Part shown: positions 57,794-64,000 of the stretch, piece by piece
How positions within the stretch are numbered: the stretch's first letter is position 1
Layout of the letters: every line of letters begins with the position of its first letter
Assembly (NCBI RefSeq): GCF_018350175.1
Contig: NC_058368.1
Coordinates: forward strand, 95,296,001 to 95,360,000
Length of the DNA stretch: 64,000 bases
Direction of reading: 5' to 3'
From: Felis catus
Lineage: Eukaryota
Made by a program: the position numbers and the translations under genes
The notes under the pieces: model-generated
What the model saw: the letters and a program-made list of their open reading frames with translations, nothing else
Databases searched by the model: none
What the model was told of the DNA's origin: nothing

Positions 57794-59900
57794 GTCTCAA
57801 AGATTGCGTTTTCTAGGTTCTTGCCCATCTTCTGAAACTGTGGGTTGCTTTTTGAAGACACGAACTATATTAAACCTGCCCACTGAAAGGAGAAAATCCA
57901 TATATTTACATCTGTTATCCTCTAACACTCTGAAAGTTAACTCCTGCCAAAATAAATTTGTCCCCAATCCCTTGAAGAATTTCGTATTTGGAGCTGCTCA
58001 GATTTCCACCGGTGTTCGAGTCAAACCTTTCTTTAAAGTTGCCCTAGACTTAAGAGAGAAAAACTCTGAAGCGCACCACATCACAGATGAGGGAAGTGTA
58101 GTAGGAGGATGGAGGTACAGCCGATGTTTCTAGAACTTGTATATGCTACCTTTGCTCATGGGGCCTGTGCTAGGGAGCACGTGATTTTTCAGTGAGGTGA
58201 TTCATGTGTGTTTTCCCCTGGAGCTTTGGGATTTGTGAGTTTTCACTATGTGTTTTCTAGGAGATTCTGTCTTTGCTGGATTGTAACTCTCATGGGCACA
58301 CAGAGCAAATTCCTAGGCTAATACCTTCAGCTCTGAGAATCTGCAGGATAATGGGTGTAACCATGACTGATCCGGCCACGTCCAGAAAACAGTGCCCACT
58401 TCAGATTCAGGAAGGAAGAGATTTAATACGGAGGCTCAGAGGCTTACATAGCCATTTTATGGGTGGGGGGTGGGGAGGGGTGTGGATGAAGACAGTTGCT
58501 TTCAGGAAATCTCAGGGAAGTCATCACCAGAAGACTTGGGTATCTTCAGTTCCTGGAATTTGCTGGCAAACACTGAAGTCAACAGTCTGCCCATGTCCAC
58601 GCTCTTCCCGGAAACTGCTGTTGGTGAAACAAGGCTACTTCCTTTTCTTTCTCATCCCTCCAAATTGTGGATAATTGCTAGACACTGATGAGCAGAGAAG
58701 ACACAGAGTGCCACAAAGCACATCCAGTAGATGTGGTCCCATCCTATATCCGAGTGTATGTTTTTATGACCCCTCCAGTAACTGTGAACCCTTCTAATGA
58801 GAGTTTAGAGACTTGGGGAGGGACTTCAAATGCTCTCCAAGGCCTTTTGGTTCAACTGACCCCCAAATGTGCGGCCTGTCAGTGCCACAGAGAAGTGTTC
58901 CCAAATCCTAGAATCCAAAGTGGGATTTTGGTGGCAATGTTGGGGCTGAGATTGGGGGTGGGAAGGGAAGGGAAGAAGTCCTGGGGTCACCAGGTACAGA
59001 AGATACTGTATAGGCACCTGTTCTCAGACCAGCATTTGAGAGACTAATGAATACATCCCTCCCCCCCCCCCCCCCACTTTTCTGGAAGGCCGTGCAAATT
59101 TGTCTTACAATGATGAGAACCTGTCCTCTGCTACAGCTCTGAATTTTGGTTTTGGAATGGAAAAGAACAGTCGGGTGCCAGTACCTAGTTATATCCATGG
59201 GGATCCCTACAGCTCCAAGGCTACAATTCATGAGGTCAAATCATTAACCTGAGCATGTACTCTGAGATGATGAAGCCCCCCCTCCCCCCACCTCCCAGAA
59301 GGGAGATGTTGATAAAACCCTAAGCGTTGGTAAAGTTTCATTTTGCAGGGAGAAGAAAGGGGAAATGAAATGTTTCGAAATTGCTTATCTCAGTCATAAA
59401 TATATGTTTTCTCCATCGTCCAAAGACTGACCACAAATATTACTTGTGTCACCTCCAATAAAAGACACACAAAACACAGCACTGGGCTGATCGCACTCTT
59501 TTTTTAAATAACATATATATTAAGTTAAGGTCAATTCTAAGACGCAACTTGTGTCCGTGAAGAGCACTCAGGATGCTTAGGAGTGAGCAGGGGTTAGTGG
59601 CAATGATATGGTAGGCACATGAAAAATTCTTTTGTTCATGCGATTAATTGACTGCTTTCTAGTCTTTGTAAGGACTCTGGTTAATTTGTGGGGTCACTGA
59701 GTATATGATTTGCAGTATGTTCTTATAATTTAAGGTGGGGGGATTGGCTTGGTAAAGAAAACAAAGGATTGGTCTCTGTCACGTAGTGTCACAGCCTAAA
59801 TAAATTTGCAGAGTGCATATGTCCTGGCTGGGATATCTTGTGCTCTTATCTTTTTTGTCCCTCGCTTTTTATTTACTTATTTTTTAAAAACAGCTTTACT

Positions 59901-60078
59901 GGGGCACCTGAGTGGCTCAATCAGTTAAGCATCTGACTTCGGCTCAGGTCACGATCTCCCACTTCTCAAGTTTGAGCCCCGCGTTGGGCTCCACACTGAC
60001 AGTGCACAGCCTGCTCTCTCCCCTTCTCTCTCAAAAAAAAAAAAAAAAAAAAAAAAAAGGAAAGAAGAAGAGAAAAAC
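59901..60078 (+). mobile_element. Can-SINE (shortened) inserted in the tip of an L1M 3' end
   Basis: TSD CAGC(T/C)TTACT at 59891 and 60083; continues GAGGCATAATTGATAC (antisense L1M terminus). Confidence 0.92.
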
Positions 60079-60972
60079 CCCCAGCCTTACTGAGGCATAA
60101 TTGATACACTGAGAACTGCACATATTTCTTGCGTACCATTTCTTCCTCCCTCCTCATGTGCCAAAATTAAAAAAAAAATGAATTTTTTTTTTTTTTTTTT
60201 GCCAGGAGACTGGAGCTATGTAAAAGTCATCCAGCCAGGTAAATTCTGAACTCATACTTGGTGGAGCCATAAATGTGATAAATGATGCTATTTACAATTG
60301 GCGAAATTTCCTTTTATGAATCTGTATTAAGGATGGAAAATCTGTGGACTGTAGACTTACATGGAAACTGGCTGGCTTTGCAGCACGGGCTTTGAGCCAT
60401 CGGACTTTGAGGGTTTAAAAGTAGTCATTTCCTCCAGTGTCAAATAAAAGAAAATTCTAGACAGTGATGCAAACATGGGTACCTGAAGGGAAGGAGTTTG
60501 AACTCTCCCCCAGGGAGAAATTGTAGACAAACTGACACTGGAAGTCCGTGGAATGTAGAAGGAAGCAAAGTGGTGGAAGACTAATCAAACTGCCAAAATG
60601 ATCTGACTTCAGGTTCAGATCTACAAATCCAAACGGGTCAAATATCAAAGTTTGGTTCTCAGAACTTACTGCCTGTTTGAGGCAATGAAGAAGAAATTTT
60701 TGGCTCACCAGTCGGACCAAACAATTGGATCACTTCGGATATGCTTTGTGCCTATAGTTGCAAAAATGCAACATGACTTTTGAAACTCAGTGTTAACTTT
60801 AATAAGTGGTTCTTGATTTGTGGGAGAGTCGATAACACAAACTGAACATCTGATAAATCCTCTGAACATTTTCTTCAGAAAAATGAGCATCAGTTATAAA
60901 ATTTCAGACACGATTCAGGAAGTTCACAGAAGTTCTCTGTTGTCAATGATTAGATAATAAATAAGCAACCTT

Positions 60973-61222
60973 GGGGCACCTTGGTGACTCAGTTGGTTAA
61001 GTGTCCAACTCTTGATTTCTACTCAGGTCAATTTCAGTTTGTGAGATTAAGCCCCAGGTTGGGCTCTGCACTGACAGTGTATAGCCTGCTTGGGATTCTC
61101 TCTCTCTCTCTCTCTCTCTCCCTCCCTCCCTCCCTCCCTCCCTCTACGCCTCCCCCAGTCATGTGCACGTGTACCATCCCCCCCTCGCAAATAAATAAAC
61201 AAAAAAAAAAAAAGAAAGAAAA
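60973..61222 (+). mobile_element. Can-SINE
   Basis: TSD AAGCAA(C/T)CTT on both flanks. Confidence 0.93.
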
Positions 61223-61508
61223 GAAGCAATCTTCATTGTTGAGATGAAATGTAATGTTTGACACTCTCCAGCCAGGAAGTGGGATTTTTCTTCTTAAATC
61301 CTTCTTAAAATGACAAAAAAGTGCTCTCAGATTAGATGGGAATAAAATATTTGTGTTGTAAATCCACGTACTCCTTCTTCAATTGTGTTGTTTTTCTCTC
61401 TCCCTCTTTTTCTTCTCTTTCTTCTCTGGTTTTACTTTCATAGAAGTACAACATAGGGTTTGTTGTAAATTATACTTCTTAAATGTATGCCAGTTTAATG
61501 GGCTTTCC

Positions 61509-61742
61509 TTTTTTTCCCCCAATGTTTTTCAATGTTTATTTATTTTGAGAGAGAGAAAGAGAACGAGTCAGGGAGGGGTAGAGAGAGGGAGACAGAGAAT
61601 TCCAAGCAGGCTCTGCACTGCCAGTGCAGAGCCCAATGTGGGGCTTGATCTCACAAATTGTGAGATCATGACGTGAGCCAAGATCATGACCTGAGCCAAA
61701 ATCAAGAGTCGAACATGTAACTACTGAGCTGCTTAGGTGCCC
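61509..61742 (-). mobile_element. Can-SINE with internal duplication of about 19 bp
   Basis: AGATCATGAC(G/C)TGAGCCAA x2. Confidence 0.93.
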
Positions 61743-62219
61743 TAATAATTTTCTTAACTTGCAACACAGATGGGTGAAGTATTTTACATTTTTCTCTCTT
61801 TAAATGTGACAGAACTGGGTTGCTTTTTTTTTTTTTTAACTAACATATATATTTATATGTTGTCTTCCTGCTCTCATCCACTCATTCGTGTGGCTGTAGT
61901 TGAGGAATTACTGAAGAAAGAAACCAGGTGAGTAAGAGTTCAAGATGCCTGTGCAGCAGGATGGATTCTGGATGATAGTCTTTCTTAATTTGTTCAAGAG
62001 GAAACTCAGCACGTGTGCTGACCATGGACCGACTTCACTCCCTTTTCAGAGACCAAGAAAGAGAAGAATTTCCTTTGAAAGATGCGTAAATTCTTTCCAA
62101 GGAAGACCTAGTCCCTTATGAGGATCTCTTCCAATGCCTACTTTTGGGTATTACAGGTATTTTCCAAAAAATTCCTTGCCTTGTCTTGTCTTGCCTCGCC
62201 TCGCCTCGCCTCACCTGTC

Positions 62220-62302
62220 CTGTAGGCTCCATGCGCAACGTGGGCCTGGAACTCACGATCAAGAGTCCTTTGCTCTACTGACTGAGCCAGCCAGGTGCAC
62301 CC
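62220..62302 (-). mobile_element. Short Can-SINE
   Basis: GTAGGCTCCATGCGCAACGTGGG..GAGCCAGCCAGGTGCACC; tail position occupied by pentamer repeats. Confidence 0.85.
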
Positions 62303-62454
62303 TCCAAATTTTCGTTTTTGTTAAGCTTGTTTAGGCATGTTTTTCTTTGTGGAAGCCACGTGATTAGCTTCTGGAAGCAGGCACTCACCAAATACTGATT
62401 TCCCTTTCATTTAGTCTAAGTTTCTTCAAATCATAATCAGTGCTTAAGAGGCAT

Positions 62455-62565
62455 TAGTAATGTTATGGCCCCTTGTTATATAGATATGGAAAACTGAGGC
62501 ACAGAAACTTGTTTGAATGGTACATCCAATAGTATACGAAGGCTAGGAGAGTCAAACTTAAGTGT
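62455..62565 (-). mobile_element. MIR core fragment
   Basis: ATAGATATGGAAAACTGAGGCACAGA. Confidence 0.6.
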
Positions 62566-63328
62566 TTCACCTCCAAGGTGCATGACAGAAACAACAGGCA
62601 TGTGTGTTTTTGTGTGTGTGCTCACACGCATGCATGCATGTGTGTTGGGGGGAGGGTAGGGGTTTATATATTTTATACTACCTGAAATTTTGTTGACATG
62701 ACCTGCCCAGGTACGTTTCAAGCTTTTGAACAGAGATGGAATGCCTCATTTGGGATTATTGCCTCTTTTGTTATTCTTGGTGAGACTGGTCAGCGGTTGG
62801 TGGAACCTATTATCTACTGTGAAAATACTCAATGGAAATACATTTGGGATTTTGTGAATATAAATGGGATTGATTAGGAGCTTTAGAATTTCTGATGAAT
62901 TGATAAAGGTAAGCCCCATTTACATTAAGTGATTTCATCAATGAGAACCAGAATCACTGAGAAGTCTCTCTTCCATTTTGAAGTTTCCAAACATCGGAGG
63001 CAAATTCTGTAAGAGAGAAGCCTGTTTACCACGAAACGCAAGACCAGAAACAAATGGGGGAATTCATTCCTTAGGCTTCGAGATGTTCAGCTTTCTTGAA
63101 TTGAAAGAACTAGGCCTGAAAACATTCATGGCTTTATGGAACTTTTCCTTTTCTTAACATTTGTTTGATTACTTTGTATAGTAAGATTGAGAAACACTAG
63201 AGTCACCCTAATGATACGGTGTGTATGTCTGTCCTACTAAGCCTGGAAGCTTGTGCTGTAGATTTGAAAAATCTACCTTCTCCGTTCTTCAGAAATTTAT
63301 AACCTAGAAGTTTACTTAAAAATGTTTC

Positions 63329-63358
63329 TTTTTTTTAAAGTTTTTATTTATTTATTTT

Positions 63359-63406
<48 letters not shown>

Positions 63407-63586
63407 GCCTGTGAAAGCATGAGTGGGAGTGGGGCAGAGAGAGAAAAGGAGAGAGAAAATCCCAAGTAGGCTCCTCGCTATCAGGGCAGATCCTGATGGG
63501 GGGCTTGAGCTCACAAACTGTGAGATCATGACCTGAGCTAAAACCAAGAATTGGACACTTAACCCACGGAGCCACCCAAGCACCCA
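63329..63586 (-). mobile_element. Can-SINE
   Basis: Long (GA)n; ATGTTTCT on both flanks. Confidence 0.94.
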
Positions 63587-63621
63587 TGTAATGATGTTTC
63601 TGCTTCATATTTTTTATGTTT

Positions 63622-63795
63622 GGTGGTCCTCAACCTTAGATATACAGGAGAATGATCTGGGAGCTTTAAAAACCCCAGTGCCTCTGGCTGTGCCCCAGGT
63701 GAATGAAATCATAATCTCTGGGGGTGATATCCAAGCAGTGGTAGCTTTTAATGCTCTCCCTGTGAATCTAATGGGCACCCAGTCAGTATTTTTTG
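63622..63795. mobile_element. MER5A/B-like hAT element
   Basis: GTGGTCCTCAACCTT..GGGAGCTTTAAAAA..ATCATAATCTCTGGGGGTG..TTTTAATGCTCTCCCTGTGAATCTAATG; the element is palindromic, so strand is ambiguous. Confidence 0.75.
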
Positions 63796-64000
63796 AATGG
63801 GTTGCAGGTATGTCCAGATACTGGTCTTGTTAACTCTTGGAGCAGTAGCACAAGGCCTGGAGTAGAGGGAAGCCACTGCCCATCACCTCTGACCACAAGC
63901 AGCCCGCACTAGAAGAGGACCTGGATGTTGCCTTAACTACCTCCATTTTGACCTCAATGGGTGCTTTCTAATGAATTAAGTCCTTCTTTCCAAGTTGTCA

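Noticed and set aside
57594..58133. Longest ORF (179 aa)
   Set aside because: GTG start, runs through a MER3-like transposon relic, and has no recognisable domain or splice context.
60660..60890. Minus-strand donor-like sites (CA|GTAAGT, TG|GTGAGC) near a 61-aa ORF
   Set aside because: No matching acceptor or recognisable peptide; such motifs are common by chance.
3739..63608. Many similar short ORFs (MAQSVKRPTSAQVMIS..., ...ERERER...) that look like a peptide family
   Set aside because: All are translations of Can-SINE copies in either orientation, mostly from non-ATG starts.
1..64000. CRISPR-like array, endogenous viral ORFs, numt, snRNA/snoRNA/miRNA genes or a novel multi-gene system
   Set aside because: No regularly spaced repeat-spacer structure, no long ORFs and no sequence I recognise from these classes. 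The recurring 200-bp units are dispersed SINEs with individual TSDs. A diverged small RNA cannot be excluded without an Rfam/Infernal search.

Overview
Mammalian, almost certainly feliform (cat-family-like), non-coding genomic DNA: either a large intron or intergenic sequence. I find no supportable protein-coding gene, RNA gene, CpG island or CRISPR-like array. The six-frame ORFs are short, and many are translations of SINEs (the recurring MAQSVKRPTSAQVMIS... peptides). About 60 tRNA-derived Can-SINE copies dominate the window (about one per kb; 36 minus, 24 plus by my count), many with readable target-site duplications (TSDs). Also present: two young L1 3' fragments encoding recognisable ORF2p C-terminal sequence, older L1, L2 and MIR relics, MLT1K-like and MLT2-like LTR relics, MER3 and MER5-type hAT elements, microsatellites and several local tandem duplications. 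Between the repeats are repeat-free blocks rich in homeodomain, MEIS, T-box and SOX-type motifs that look like developmental enhancers, but conservation was not tested. The most notable items are a near-perfect 155-bp tandem duplication, a perfect 28-bp palindrome with three TGCATG motifs, a fused two-body SINE, serial SINE insertions into earlier TSDs, a head-to-head SINE pair 29 bp apart and one weak 28-nt microexon candidate. I do not see evidence for a new biological system. Repeat subfamily names come from recalled consensus similarity rather than a database search, and boundaries are approximate.
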